Shown: in pieces, positions 45,966 to 61,729 of the stretch
Position numbering within the stretch: the first letter of the stretch is position 1
How the letters are laid out: each line of letters opens with the position of its first letter
Source: Azolla caroliniana
Taxonomy: Eukaryota > Plantae > Polypodiophyta
DNA length: 64,000 bases
NCBI GenBank assembly: GCA_043228905.1
Contig: JBHGNT010000018.1
Coordinates: 17,422,001-17,486,000, forward strand
Direction of reading: 5' to 3'
Translations under genes and position numbers: made by a program
Notes under the pieces: model-generated
What the model saw: the letters and a program-made list of their open reading frames with translations, nothing else
The model's database searches: none
Told to the model about the DNA's origin: nothing

Positions 45966-48900
45966 ACTTAGTATTGATCGATCAAGCCAAGTGCCTTTTC
46001 TTCTTTCTTCTTCAAATGGATACAGTTGTTGATCTCCTAAACCTACCTGCAGTATGATCCTCCTCACGTCAAGAACAAATCCACGCATTAAACTGTACAT
46101 GACACACACACACACACAGAGATAGACAACGTGGAGGTCTACTAACTCCTCCATCATTTACCAAGCTTCTCCTCGCGACTTGACTTACGCAGAAAACACT
46201 TTCAGTCTTATTTGCATCACAGTGCCTCCATAAGACTATTGGCTTCGGTTTCAGAGAAGAAATTAGTTTTGAGGGTACAATTGGAGGACCAAGAACTTGG
46301 TTTTTGCCTTTGCCTGAACCTGTAGAACCAGCTTTCCATCACTCGTGAACGTGAAATCTCCTGCAGCACTTTCTACTCACTTTTTTTTTCTCAATGCTCA
46401 ACACTATTTCGCACGAATTCAACGGAGTGATTAAACGAACCTTCCCATTTTCTGCAGCATAAAGATGGATGTAAATATCTTCTTCTTCTACTTCTGAATG
46501 AGATTATCTCAAGCGCATCAACTCTAACAAGCTCTACTTCTCCATCTCCTGTGACAAGGTATTGTCCTTTGCACCATCTTTTGGATAAACCCCAACGGAA
46601 GCCTGAAGTCTTGATCTTTCTCGCTTTTCCATCATTGAACCTTCGATGTTTTTTTGTTCCTCTCATTTTCAGGTCCCTTTGATTATTCATCTTCTTATAA
46701 CATCGCTTTTCTGCGCGTGGATAAAATACTGTAAGTAAAAAACAATTCCTTTTCCCTCCGTTCATTATCTGTACAGAAAGAAAGAGAACGAGAGGGAAAT
46801 CTCCGTTCGTGTATTACTACAAGTCAAAATTTGAGTTTGGGAAGTTTCTTTGATTTATCTCTTTACATTCGGGTGATATTGTTTGTGGAGTTTTGGACAA
46901 AACGTCGTTTTGATTCATCCAATCAGAGGCATTTTAAGGATTTTCGTTTTTGGCGTTCATTGATTATTCGAGAAAAATTTCTTTTGAAAACTCTGTTTGA
47001 TGTTTTCCTCATGTTATTTTGTGGAGAGTATGTTCTCATTGAAGATAAAGACACTCGCTTGAGTTTCTTTTCATATGAATTTTCTTTTGGTAATGTTCAT
47101 GCTTTACTCTCAATCAAAATTTGGTCCAACCATTCCTTTGCATCGTATTGTGGAACTCCGTTTTTCTTTCATATGAAAAACTAGGGAAATTCGTGTGTTC
47201 ATGCATGCCATTCTGTTTATGGATGTTCATCCGTCCAAATGGAGACATATCAAGGATTCTCGTTTTGCTATTCATTTAGTGTGAGTAAAGTCCGTTTGAT
47301 TTGGTCATCTTTATCTATTTAGACTAGACATCAATCCACATCCCTTTGGTTCATCCAAATTGCACTAGTTTAATGATAAGCATATTGTGGAACTTCATGC
47401 TCCCCCCATAACATGATCTCCTTGGAGTACCATCTTATCACCTCTAATATTTAGTGTCTTTAGCTGTTAGGAGGATTTCCCTAATCTTGAACGAAATGTC
47501 ATTAACCAATAATTAAAAAGGAACCAATGGTTATATTCAATCTCATAGAACGTTCAAATGATAGAGTAAAGTGGCATGTCTCTTGCATCCTGACATGGAG
47601 AAGCTCAATACTAAATGTCTCTTTCACTAATGACTTAAAGGGAGGTTGTTTACCACATGTTTGTTACTTGCTCGGTTCATCTATTTGTAATTTGTAGACA
47701 AAGTGTGCCCCTGTGAAAATGTTTTTTGGATATGGGTCCGAATGGTTGTCCCACTTGTGGTAATATGTTCCTGTATGGGACTGGGACTGAATGGTTGTTC
47801 TTTGGTTGAGTATGCTATCATTTGAACCAGCTCATGCACATTTCTAGGCATAGATGTCATGGTTTAGCAATTATATGTAATGACCAAGAATGGAAGCATT
47901 CAAGTGCATGATAGATGTCGTGTCTAGCCCATGTTGAAGTTCAAAATTAAGAGACTCAACATGTTGGTGGCAGGCCTTCAATTCTTTGTTAAAGATAATT
48001 GAGAACCAAGAAAACACTCATTTTTTGACCTATTTAAGAATGGAAGTCTTGTGTTTTCTATCCACAGAAATATAATGATCGGAAATACATAAATTACCTT
48101 ATAGAGTAATGGTCCATAGTACGTAATACTCTCGAATGCGTTGGCAAACATTCTTCTTCATTCGAATGCAAATGGATGTGTATGTTATCAATAAGGAATA
48201 CCTTAAAGTTTTTACCTTAAAAAACAAATTACCTTATAATAAATAAGGAATACAAAAGTTAGTTATCTACCATACTTTGAGGGTGTTTACCATACTTGAA
48301 TGATTGAAACATTTTCCAATGAAGGTTTTGAATTGAGGAACCTTTTAGATATTGTCCTAGAGCATTGCATTAATATTGGGGTTGATTTTTCTGCTGAATT
48401 GCAATGATGTGCATGTCATTACAGTAAGAGTGATGCAAGATTTGGAATCATCCAGGGGTTTGGAAACCCCATGGACTGATGGGAAAGAGTGACTTGACTG
48501 AGCTGCAATGATGTCCATATGTCTTTACAGCAAGACTGATGAAAGTTTTGGAATCATTCAGGGGTTTGGAAACCCCATGGACTGATGGGAAAGAGTGACA
48601 TGACTGAGCTGCAATGATGTGCATATGTCTTTACAGCAAGACTGATGCAAGATTTGGAATCATTCAGGGGTTTCGAAACCCCATGGATTGATGGGAAGGA
48701 GTGACTTGACTGAGCTGCAATGATGTGCATATGTCTTTACCGCAAGACGGATGCAAGAGTTGGAGAAATTCCTCGAGCATTGATTTTATCCGTATGCCTT
48801 CTTTTAGCCGCTAAAGCCGCGACAACACATCCAACTTTGGTGGATGACAATGCTACGGTAGTATGTGTCTTCAACTTCCACGAAATTGCATCGCCAGCAA

Positions 48901-51900
48901 CTGTGTAAACATAACCACCTGTTGACTTGCGGTCATCCACATCTACCCCCCAATCAGAGTAACACCAACCAAATTGTTGACTGGAGGGGTTTGTCCATCC
49001 TTGCACAAGTGTGGTTGACTCAGATTGTGTGGCTGATTAAGTCAATGTATAATGGTGAATATGTTTCAAATATCGTAGTAATCGCTCGACCGCTATCCAA
49101 TGCTTTGGTCTTGGATTGGCCATGAAACAAGAAACAAAACCAACGGCAAAACAAATATATGGACGTGTGCATCTTTCTACGTATCTTATACATTTATGGA
49201 TTTGTTTATAAGGCACATCCTTCATTTCGGAAATTTCTCGTTCTATTTTTGGAGAATCATCATTTGAGAGTTTACAAGGAGAGGTAAGCGGAGTACTAAT
49301 GGACTTATTATGGAGCATATCAAACCTTTGGAGAATGGGATTAATATAGTTTGATTGTGATAATGAGATAGTATGATTTGTTCCATTTTGAGTTACTGTA
49401 ATGCCAAGAAAATGTATCATAGTGCCTAAATTCGTGATATGAAAGGCATATGCAAGTTCCTTCTTTGCAATAGTTAGATAAGATTTAGAATTAGAGATCA
49501 AGTGCAAATCATCGACATAGACACCAATGATAACAAAAATGGATTTGACTTTTCTAATATAGATATTTGGCTCATTGTTTTGATGATGATGAGTTGGCGT
49601 GATAGCATCATCACCAATGGTCTCTCTAATTGCGTCCACATGAAAGATGGTAGTCTTGGAGCCCAAACCGCTGATGCATACATGAGGGAGGGGGTCACTA
49701 ATGAGTCAAAGAGCCACCCTTTAGTCCATGGCCCTTGAAAGTGTGCTTGGTGGCATTGTCTCTCTAGAAGTGAGAGGGATGCATGTCCTCTCTTGAGTCT
49801 ATCCTTCGCTGCATGTGTCATCGAAAATTTACATGAGCGGGCACTAAAAGTGACTCCGAGATAGACGTACGATCCAACCACCTCGACTGGGCTATGGGAG
49901 ATAGTTAGGTGACACTTAGCTCTAACTTGGGCCGATGTGTGGAAGATAAGGACTTTCGTTTTCCCTAGATTCACTACCAATCCTCGTTGTACACAAAAGT
50001 CATCTAAGGCATTAAGGTGCCTCTGTAGGTCGTGTTCGGATTCAGAGAGCAAAACTATGTCATCCGCATAGAGCAAGATACGAACCTGCGTATCCCCAAG
50101 GACCACTCCGGTGCCTCCCTCACGAGCAATAAAATCTGTGATCTCATCAATGTAGATCCCAAAAAGCGTCGGTGATAGGGGGCAACCTTGTTTTACACCC
50201 TATACCATATAACTTAGCAAGGGTATGGCCTATCATAATGGTCCTATATGTATTTGGGTCCATGGGGTCCCCCCCTTTATGTATGGGGGCCACTATATTC
50301 ATAGTCCACTGTATCCATTTTTCGTATGTTTTGCGGATGCCGTCACTTACGTGCATTAGAATTTCCATTCTTGCGCATAGGTCTTTTTCCTCATATTCTT
50401 TAAGTTCTTCTCCTTTTTCAGGTTTTGTTAATGATCCTGAAATTATGTCCCATAGTTTATTATATTTAAAGAGTAATTCTAATCTTCCCTACCATATTCG
50501 ATAAATTGTGTTTGCCAGTTTGTTGATTGTAAACTTTCGCATGTTGGGTTGCGACGACGACATGGATTGTGCATTTATTGCAGAGGATTGTCTTGATTAG
50601 TGCTTGGCAAACACAAACTTGACTTTCATTATTTCTCAACTTTAGTCACTACAAATTTGCTTCCTCAGTGATCACACATTCAGTGGAAGCGATCACATGC
50701 TGCTCGGTTTTGAGACAATTAGACCAGAAAAAGAAGACAGAGAATAATTTTTTACCGGACGAAAACTAGAAAGAGAATATTCTACGGTCCAAAGAGAGAG
50801 AAAAATGAAAAATAAGAAAACGAGTGCATCGCAGCCGTTGAGAAAAAACATTTCTAGAAAAATAAAAGGACGACATCCAGCCCATCGGAACCGTGCGCCG
50901 TCGGATGGACGTGAGAACGGCGGATAGACGTGAGAATCCAACGACCCACGATTGCTTACTTACAACGCAAACTGTCTTCTGCCCATTTCCTGACAGAGAA
51001 ACATCAGTTGCAAGAATTTCGAACAGTCAGAGAGAGAGAGCGCGCAAGGAGCTTTGAACACCATCGCCATCCTGCTCAACCCATTCATCGAAGCGACCTG
51101 AACAGCAGTTGCCTTGCAGGGTAAGGAGGAACCCACATTCTTAATATATGGACATGACAATTACCTGCAGAATCGTATCTGATCAATCGTATACTAGTTA
51201 GTAGGTGGGACATCACCTTCACCTGCCTCGGCTTCAATTGACAATCAATCCAACCCAGAATATGGTTGCTGCTAGCGTGGGCAGAGATACCCAAATCAGT
51301 CCTAATGATGAATTGGCAGGATTACTATTAGATGAGAAGGAGGTGGAAGACTTCCAACAGTTGGTGCTTCAATTCCTCCACCAAACAGAAGAAGATCAAT
51401 CAATCAGGACTGACTCCTTGGAGCTTCCCATCACATCAACTTCCGACGACAATGTGGACTTATATGCAGACGAGCTAGAGCAATTCCTGCTCCTGCATCA
51501 GGAAAATCAAGAGATACCTGAAGCTCTGACATCCGCAGGTCCATTAGGAGCTTCCAATATCAATAAATGTGTGCGAATAAAAAATGTAAACAAGTTTCTG
51601 AATTTTTTATGGATGATAAAGCTGCAGCGGGTTGCACAGAATCTACCGTCACATCTTTCTGCAACAATTATGCAGAGGAGCTGGTCCTCATGCTTGATGA
51701 GGATCACGAAATACTTAAAGATAGTCCTGAAGATCCTCCAGCTCCCAGCTCAGCAGGTGAATTGGGAACTTCTGCTTTCCCACTCTGTTAATATATTCCA
51801 TGGACTCAATACCTAAATCATTTTCTAACTTATATCATGACGCTGCAGCTGGTTATACAGCGCTTCGCATGAGACCTTTTTCTGACAATTATGTAGAGGA

Positions 51901-54900
51901 GCGGGATCTTGATGAAGATCGTGAAAGAATGGAATGGAATTATGAATATCCTTCAGCTTGGACATCAGCAGGTGAATTACTAGTTTCTGCACAAAAGTAC
52001 AACCTCAATCAATATGCGCAAATGACTAAATAACCTTCTAACTTATATGTAGATCATGAAGCTGCAGCAGGTTCTACAGATCCTCCCATCACATCATTTT
52101 CAGATATGTATGCAGAGGATCTGGAGCAGCAATTACTGCTCCTTCTTGATGAAGATCATGAAATAATCAAAGGGAGCCCTGAATATCCTCCATCAACTAC
52201 ATCAGCAGGTGAATTAGTAGCTTCTGCTCATAACTAAACTGTCATTATAGTGGCATCGATAAATTGACCACATAACCTTCTAACTTATACTAGATCGTAA
52301 AGCTGCAGCTGGTTCTACAGAGGCTCCCATCATACCATTTGCTGACAATTTATTAGAAGAGCTAGGGCATGATGAGGATCGTGAAAGAATTGAATGGAAT
52401 TATGAATATCCTCTAGCTCCGACATCAGCAGGTTAATTAGTACCTTCTGCGCATAAGTACAGTCTCAATCAATATGTGCAAATGACTAAATAACCTTCTA
52501 ACTATTATATAGATCATGAAGCTACAGCTGGTTCTACAGAGCCTCCCATCACATCATTTTCAGATATTTATGCAGAGGATCTGGAGCGGCAATTATTGCT
52601 CCTACTTGATGTAGAGCATGAAATAATCGAAGGGAGTTATAAATATCCTCCGTCAACTATGGCAGCAGGTGACTTAGTAGTTTTTGCTCATAATGGCAAT
52701 GTCAATATAGCGCATCAATGAATTCATTACATAACCTTCTAACTTATATTTGATCGTAAAGCTGCAGCTGGTTCTACAGAGGCTCCCATCAGACCATTTG
52801 CTGAAAATTTTGTAGAAAAGCTAGGGCATGATGAAGATCACGTAAGAATTGAATGGAATTATGAATATCCTCTAGCTCCAACATCTGCAGGTGAATTGGT
52901 AGCTTCGCCGCATAAGCACAATATCAATCAATATGTGCAAATGACTAAATAACCTTCTAACTTATATGTAGATCATGAAGCTGCAGCAGGTTCTACAGAT
53001 CCTCCCATCACATCATTTTCAGATATGTATGCAGAGGATCTGGAGCAGCAATTAATGCTCCTTCTTGATGAAGATCATGAAATCATCGAAGGGAGCCCTG
53101 AATATCCTCCATCAACTACATCAGCAGGTGAATTAGTAGCTTCTGCTCATAACTAAAATGTCATTATAGTGGCATCGATCAATTGACTACATAACCGTCT
53201 AACTTATATTAGATCGTAAAGCTGCAACTGGTTCTACAGAGGCTCCAATGAATAATGCCCAGGATGATTTTATACTTGCAGAGCTGCAGCAGCAGACAAA
53301 TGGCACGATCATCATTGAGGAGATGACGGAAGAGTTGGATGCCATCCTGCTAAATGCTGAAGGCGGCTTGAAAAAGGGGCTCATGACACCAATGACCAGT
53401 ACCCAATTCAAGGTTCTGGAGGCCTTCTTCAAGACGGGCCTGCCCACGTTACCACTCGGTTGGTTCAGCCTCGCTTCAGCTGCAAGGTGTGCTTCACACC
53501 ACCCCATTCTCCAGAGAAAGACTGGAACCAGCAAAAGCAGGAGGAGAATGTGAATAAGAGGAAGAAGCTGGAGTTTACGCTTCACCAAGAGGAATTGGAA
53601 ATGCTGGCTGGTGCCTGGGGAGGGCTTCAAGCGCTGGTACAACGTTTCTGGTCGATGCCACATGTCATCGAAGTTCTGGAGGCCAACAAATTTATTCCGT
53701 GTAGCAGCCGCCGCTGCAAGTCTGAGAGTCCAACCAGGTCATCGCCAAAGAGGAAGAGGAGATCGTGGGAGTCGAAGCAGGTCAATGATGGTGGTACTGC
53801 TGCTGAGAACGTGATGGATCGTCATGATGAGGATATGTTGTGGATGGAATCTTTTAATTCCATCATCGCAGCAGAGAGGCTAGGTAGTAGTTCTGCTGCC
53901 TATAGCCCTAGAAATACTAATCCTAATAATAATGATAGTGATTGGTATTATGATTACTATATGAGTTGCAGCAATCTAAACAATAACAACATTGCTGCTT
54001 TCACTTGGTAACTATCTTCTCAACTACATTAATATAATTACCAAGTTTGCTCACTAAAGGGGTTGATCTGCTAATGATGTTTGATATAGCTAAATGTTTG
54101 ATGTTATATATAGTTAAGGTTTGACCTACTTAGTTCAGAATTATCAGTCAGTAATTCTTTTCTTATATTAAGTATTATTTATTTTACGGTCTTGTGTGAC
54201 GCTTGCTTGCCTAGTTGATTGTAGTAATATATATAAGATATGTTGTGTTCGTCAAGCTTCTTGTAATTTGTTCTTTCTTAATCTCATCCATTACTTCTGT
54301 TAATGTTTTTTTTCATAACTGATTGTCAACTGGTTGGGTTTTTGTTAATTTATTAAAGAAGGTATTTCAGCTAAATATATATGTACAACGCATTCTATTT
54401 GGTCTTGCTTCTGACAATCTTGTTCATTATAAACTTCGCACAGGGGAAACGACAGACTGAAACGTACATACATTTTAAGCTTTGAATTTTCCAATGTTTG
54501 CAGGATGCAAGGAGTGGTAGTATCTTTACTGTTGATGTACAATATGTGTGCCATGGAATTGTACAATTGCCCTGTATTGTTAAAGATATCTCCCACACTT
54601 TCATGGACATCTGGCTACCACCTAGCCGTGATTGTTTCACATCAAGCAGCTCGGAAACAGAACTACATGATGGCAGTCCAACTTTTGTGAACATATATAT
54701 ATATATATTAGAGGTGAAATATATAGGTGATGTCTGATCAGGCTGCAAATACCATACTCAGATATGTAATGTCCAATATGGTTGTGTTGTACGGTGAACT
54801 TCTCTTCGAGTGGAATGATGATGTTGATTCTTGTTATTTTAACATCTGGACCAAGAAACATCAGACCGTTGTCAGAGAAAGAAGAGAAGTGGAGCAACAT

Positions 54901-57900
54901 GAGGAGAAGTAGTAGTAACAGCAGAAATAGGAGAAAGAAGTCACAATTCGTGATTCGGTTTCAAAATTTGCGAGTCCAAATTTCACGACAAATTCCAGAA
55001 GAAGAGCTGAAGGACATCTTCTTGGACGTGATACATGAGCCTCTCCGAACATCTCTTGCGTTGCTCAATTTTTGGAATCAATCACTAGAGGAAGTGATAG
55101 ATAAAGCTTGAGCAATTGATTGTACTAATAATAGTATGAATATGTCAACATTACACAGAAATTTCCCTACATTAGAAGATTTGCGGTTCCGACAAGCGGT
55201 GCAATGTACCACCTGTCTCAACACCGGCCATTCAATGATGAAATGCAGTTTACGTACTCATTGTACGATTTGCCATTCCAAAGCTCATTTGGTTGGAAAG
55301 GTATGCAGGATGAACATTTGGACTGGCTGGATGGCGTTCCAGTTTCTTATCAATGGGACATGAGCGATGGAAATTCTGGGAAACCAATAAATCCATCCTA
55401 TGGATGATGATGGTGATGATGATATGAAATCTGAATCGGTTTTGATCTGGAGCAGCTCCAACGAGAACCATAGTTATATGGGCCAACATCTCCAACGAGA
55501 ATAATTAACTATAACTGTAAACAAAATAGTTATATGGGCAGCATGAAGAGGAATAGTTGGATCCTCTCTACTGTGTGTATATATGGTTTTGGAAATCGTA
55601 ATTTAGGTTTTCCATCTACCATCATGGTCATGTTTTGATGAAGCCCAAATATCATGGAAGGATATGTGAGCAATTGACATCTACGAAGAGTTCTTCCATG
55701 AGTGTGGAAGCTGCCACAAAAAAACTGCAAAATAAGTGAAATGGTGTGTCATTAGCACCAGCATGACTCCTGGTCTAAAGTAAGGCATTTCGTACATGAA
55801 GATATACTTCATGTCAATGGACTGAGCATGCCGATTGACATGACTGGATGGTCTAGTATGCCATCTCCATGCATTAAGTGCTGATGTAACCAAGAAGAGT
55901 TGCTCATTGGGCTTGGCATCCAAGCTTATTGAAAAATAATGGATATGTTTTTGGAAACATACGTCTAGCTTTTCCATAAGATGGATTGTCTTTGATTGGT
56001 GAAGCCCTAATATATGAAAGGAATAGGTTGCCATGCCAAAGGTCGTCATGCAAATTAGAGTAAAACACAATCAGAGTAAAACAAGGATACCCTTAGTTGC
56101 CTACTCTCTTTGGTCTTTATATAGATGAGGTGTCACATTACATAGAGAGATTGAGTAATCCAAGAGCATGGCTAGCATACATATCCTGTTAGGAAACATG
56201 TCCCTCCGGATGGGATGAAGAGAAGAGTCGAATCGTTGGAAGAGCTAGGTGAGTCCGAAATTTGATTTTCGAAATGGAGAATTGATTTATGATCGATTCG
56301 GAAGACTATATTTATAAATAGTCCAAATGTGCCCCTTGTGGGATATATTTGTAAATAGCCAGAAAGTTGTTTTAGTATATAAACAACTAGGGCAAACATT
56401 AAGAAGTGTAGTAGATCATTATCGTTGTATAGTGACATAGTTAGCGAAGGTAGTTGCCTTTGTAACTAGTGAGTGATACAGAGTGAAAGAGTGTGTAACT
56501 TTGTAGTACTTGATAAGGAAGAGCTCAAGGTCGTTGCCTTGAATTGTCTTGTTGTACTTCTTTCCCCATAGTGGTCCTTTTTTTGGAGTTTGTGGACTCC
56601 ACGTGCTTTTCTCTCCTTTCGGGTTTTTCACGTTAAATACAGGTGTCTCGTTTTTGTGTTTTTTGTTTCTGTTCCTCTATGCACTGTCATTGTTGATTCT
56701 TTGCACCTGAACATACGTACGAGTAACCTGTTGTGGTTGGTTCCAATCCTAACATATCCATACAAATATTACTATATGTTGATCATGTTGTGTTGATGGA
56801 TACCATGTATATCCATACAAATATCATATGTTGATGATACTGTGTTGATGGCTATCATTTATATCCATATAAATGTTACTATATGCTTAGGATATTAAGT
56901 TGCTAACACCCCTGGAAGGACTACAAAGATATCTAAATGCCTATTCACACCAATCAGAGATTGAGCTAGGTAGATATATTGCACAAATACCTCTAGAAGA
57001 AAGAATTTGCCACTTGTGTCATCAAGGAGTGGAATCCGAAGAACGTTCTATTTGTTATTGTGCTTTTTTTTATGAAATAAGGGAAGATACCATTGCCTCT
57101 TTTAAGCAAGGCTTTGCCCTACTATGCAAGGTACTAGAATATGAGGACTAACGATTCATGAGGCTTTTCTTGCTAGAACTCCAGAGACATGGGGGAAGTT
57201 AATAGAAAACAACACAACCACACAAGCTAATGAACAAAGAACAATCATAACTTCCTTTACCCATCACTCTTCCTCATGTTATGATTCAATCAAAGGCTAC
57301 AAAAATGGGATCCCAACTAAGAGGTTTTGAAGGGTTTACGGTGAGATACCATTGCCTCTTTTAAGCAAAGCCTTGGCCTACTATGCAAGCTAATGGAATG
57401 TGTCATGTGTTGGCCGGTTCGGATGACCAAGTATGAAAAGACTAATAAATGGTTACGGGCTTAACTAAAGACGGGTGGGGCTGAGCGAAGCAGTAAAGAA
57501 AGCCGAACTTAAAACGGAAATAATAATTATTAGTAGCAGTTGTTCATGCTCTGTTCGTAACCACCCATGTTCTGTACAAAAAGGGACATGGAAAGCATGT
57601 AAAAACGAGTTGAATAGTATTGTATCAATTGGATCTTCCATAATAGAAATATGTTACCTCATACACTATGTATTGTGTCATAATTGATCTGTGTGAGTAA
57701 AGAAAGCCGAACTTAAAACGGAAATAATAATAATTAGTAGCAGTTGTTCATGCTCTGTTCGTAACCACCCATGTTCTGTATAAAAAGGGACATGGAAAGC
57801 ATGTAAAAACGAGTTGAATAGTATTGTATCAATTGGATCTTCCATAATAGAAATATGTTACCTCATACACTATGTATTGTGTCATAATTGATCTGTGTGA

Positions 57901-58712
57901 GTAAAGAAAGCCGAACTTAAAACGGAAATAATAATAATTAGTAGCAGCTGTTCATGCTCTGTTCGTAACCACCCATGTTCTGTATAAAAAGGGACATGGA
58001 AAGCATGTAAAAACGAGTTGAATAGTATTGTATCAATTGGATCTTCCATAATAGAAATATGTTACCTCATACACTATGTATTGTGTCATAATTGATCTGT
58101 GTCAAATCCTAATGTTCATGTGTAACGCATTCATAACCATTCGGTTGTACCCAGCTCGTGTTCATCTCCACAGTCACGCAGTCACACATTCTTTGATTCC
58201 TACATGGGTTACTACTATCATTTTGAAAACGAGACAATCCCATTGTGACTCCCCGAGCACAAGACCTTGAGTCGGATACTAAAGGACAAGTATCCAACAC
58301 CGTGTTACGTTAGGCTGGTAGCATCATGATGCCACCCACATAATGATGATGCCTTGTCATGATGACACTCACATGATCCCCCAAAAGGATTTGAACCCAC
58401 AACCTTGTTCTATATAGGTCAAATCCTTAGCCATTGTAATAATATGTTTATATAAATAATATAAATATATAGAATACCATAAGAACATTTTAGTGTACTT
58501 TGTATTCTAGAATATTCTAGCATGTTCTATATTCTAGAACCGGCTAGAGTACGCTATATTCGAGAACCTTTGAGAATACCCTATAGGGACATATAAATAA
58601 GAATTTATTAATCATCGCAAAACCAAATTGGTTCAACACCATTCTAGAGCTCCTTATTTTGCCTACTCTTTGTAATCCGTATTATAGTGCAATATAATAC
58701 TTTCCATTCAAT

Positions 58713-58751
<39 letters not shown>

Positions 58752-60056
58752 ACAATATGAGGATCAGCAACGCTTGAGGCTTTTCTTGCTAGAACTTAAG
58801 AGACACGAGGAGAAGTTGATAGAAAACAACACAACCACATAAGGTAATGAACAAAGAACAATCATAATTCTCTTTACCCAACGCTCTTACTCATGCTACA
58901 AGTCAATCAAATGGAGGATGTGCAATGGCATCCCCCACAAGATGGGCGATGTGTCAAATCCATATAAATGGAGGTTTTGATAACATCAAGGTTGTTGAAG
59001 GTGGGAAGGTAAACAACTTCTTAACCTTCAATTTCAATGAATGGTTAGATTGGGTTAGGTAACAATCAAAGATGCGATGTTGGTGTCTCAAAGAAGATTA
59101 ATGGTCTTTCGAATAACAAGATCAACATTTTGAATTTAAGAGGTTATACCTCTATAGCCTTTATTTTCTATACTTAATTAGTAATTGGTGGCGGTTTAGT
59201 TTGTTAGATGGTCTTCGTTCAATCATTTAGATCATTACCGACGTCTTTTAAACTATGTATTATACACCTTATATTGATATGGCTCTCAATAGCGTAGAAC
59301 ACATTATGAGAGATGTGAAGGGAGGATGGTTACTTTGTTACATGTATGCCAATGGGGCCAATATGTTCCTGAAGTTTCCATTTCCACAATATTGCTCCAA
59401 TGTTAGTTGACTTTCGGCTATCCATTCGGCCTCGGGCTCAAGGTGGTCGTCCACTCCTAAAGGTTCGACTTCCATCGTGAACATCAAGGAGCCACCTGCC
59501 GATGCATACGGTACCAACTTCATAATTTCCCCCTCCGGAGCGTAAGTCGAATAGTCTCGCTGAGATAGCCGAAGGCTAATCGGGAGCGGGGTTGAAGTAG
59601 ATTTGGTCGATTGCATGTTGAAGTGCTCCAGGACACATTTGATGTATTTGGCTTGAGACAAGAACAATTGTCGTTAATTTCGGTGCCAACTAATCTTCAT
59701 TCTGAGTATGTGTTGAGCTGAACCTAAGTCCATCATTGCTAACTTCAACCATAGTTGCCGATCAGAAGATCTTTGTTCGACGGAGATCTTGAGTCCGTTC
59801 CAAGAGTCAGATCAACTTGGGGTCTCCAAAGGGTGTGTTGTCAGATTCAGTGTTGTTGAAGACAAATGACGACCAACAACTGATTGAAGAACCTTCGCTC
59901 TGATACCCAATGTTGGAGTCCAGGTTGTCAGTGTGGAAACAAGAACAACACTATAGTAAGAAGATCAACAAGATGATGACAGAGACAAAACCAAGATGAA
60001 CAGATTAAACAAGGGAAAGACAACTTAGTAGAGATCAAGATCAAGAACTTAACAAT

Positions 60057-60093
<37 letters not shown>

Positions 60094-61676
60094 CAAAGAA
60101 GTAGACAATGTCACTGTATTATTCTTAAAGTTACTACATATGATGGCACTCACATCATCATCATGACGTGAGGAATGTGTTTCTTTTGTTTGATGGAATT
60201 GGAACATAGTATGTGTTTCCTTTGTTCCATTTGAATTGGTGTGTAGGGTGGGATTGAGATTGTAGGGTGCCATTGGAGGCCAATTGCGATGGGCCAAGGA
60301 CAAGGAGTGTCGACAAAATGTTGAAGGTGCTCAACTGTTCCCCTAGATGAAGGAAAGGGTTGATGTGGCCTTCTAATGGTAAAAGGAAAATCAACACATG
60401 TGGTTGTGGTAGAAGTTGTCGGGGTGGAGTAAACGAGACCCCTTCCATTGTTGATCTTTTGTCTTGCTTAGTGTCTACTTATACAAGCCAAGGGCTCTTT
60501 CACTATGTCACCTATGGTGGGTTTTTATTCAATCTCCATCCCAAGTTTCTATGAGGAAATGGACAAGAGGAGGTAAGAATACACACATCTTTTCAGGTCC
60601 ATGTGAATCACTCATCTTCCTATAACTTGGCATTTTTTCGATTGGATCAGAAACTATGAGTTACACAAATTCTCCTTTTCCCTCCCTTCGTTATCTGTAC
60701 AGATAGAAAGAGAACGAGAGGGGAATATCCGTTTGTGTTTTGCCACAGGTTGAAAAATTGAGTTTGGGAAATATCTTCATATTCAGGTGATATTTTTTTT
60801 TGGATTTTTGGACAAAAGGTCATTCCGATTTATCCATTCAGAGACATTGTGGGGATTTCCATTTTTTGCTTTCATTGATTTTCGGATGAAATGTCTTTGG
60901 AAAAATCTATTTGATTCTTTCCTCATCCTTTTTTGTGGAGTTTTGGATGACGCATAAAAGGTAGGTTTTGTTTTTCATTGACGATTGAGGAAACTTGTTG
61001 GAGATAATTAATTATTATTTTTCTTTGGTTAATGTTCATGCCATGCTCTCAATCAACATTTGGACCAGCCATCCCTTTGAATTATATTGTGGAACTCCAT
61101 TTTTCTTTCATATGAAAAACTAGAGAAATTCCTGTGGGAAAAATCTCTTTTGACTTGTTTTTGAGTGTTCATGCATGCCATTATGTTTATGGAAGTTCAT
61201 CCTTTCGAGACATCCATATGGAAAGGATTCTCGTTTTACTATTCATTGTAAATTGGGATATTAGTGTGGGTCTTCCTTTTCTGAATAATACATGGATTTT
61301 TGAAGTAGTATTGAATGCCAAGAATAGTATGTGTTGAGATGAACCTAAGTGCATCATTGCTAACTTCAACCGTAGTTGCCGATCAGAAGATCTCTGTCCG
61401 ACAGAGATCTTGAGTCTGTTCCAAGAGTCAGATCAACTTGGGGTCTCCAAAGGGTGTGTTGTCAGATTCAGTGTTGTTGAAGACAAATGACAACCAACTG
61501 ATTGAAGAACCTTCGCTCTAATACGAGATGTTGGAGTCAAGGTTGTCAGTGTGGAAACAAGAACAACACTATAGTAAGAAGATCAACAAGATGATGACAG
61601 AGACAAAACCAAGATGAACAGATTAAACAAGGGAAAGACAACTTAGTAGAGATCAAGATCAAGAACTTAACAATAC

Positions 61677-61729
<53 letters not shown>
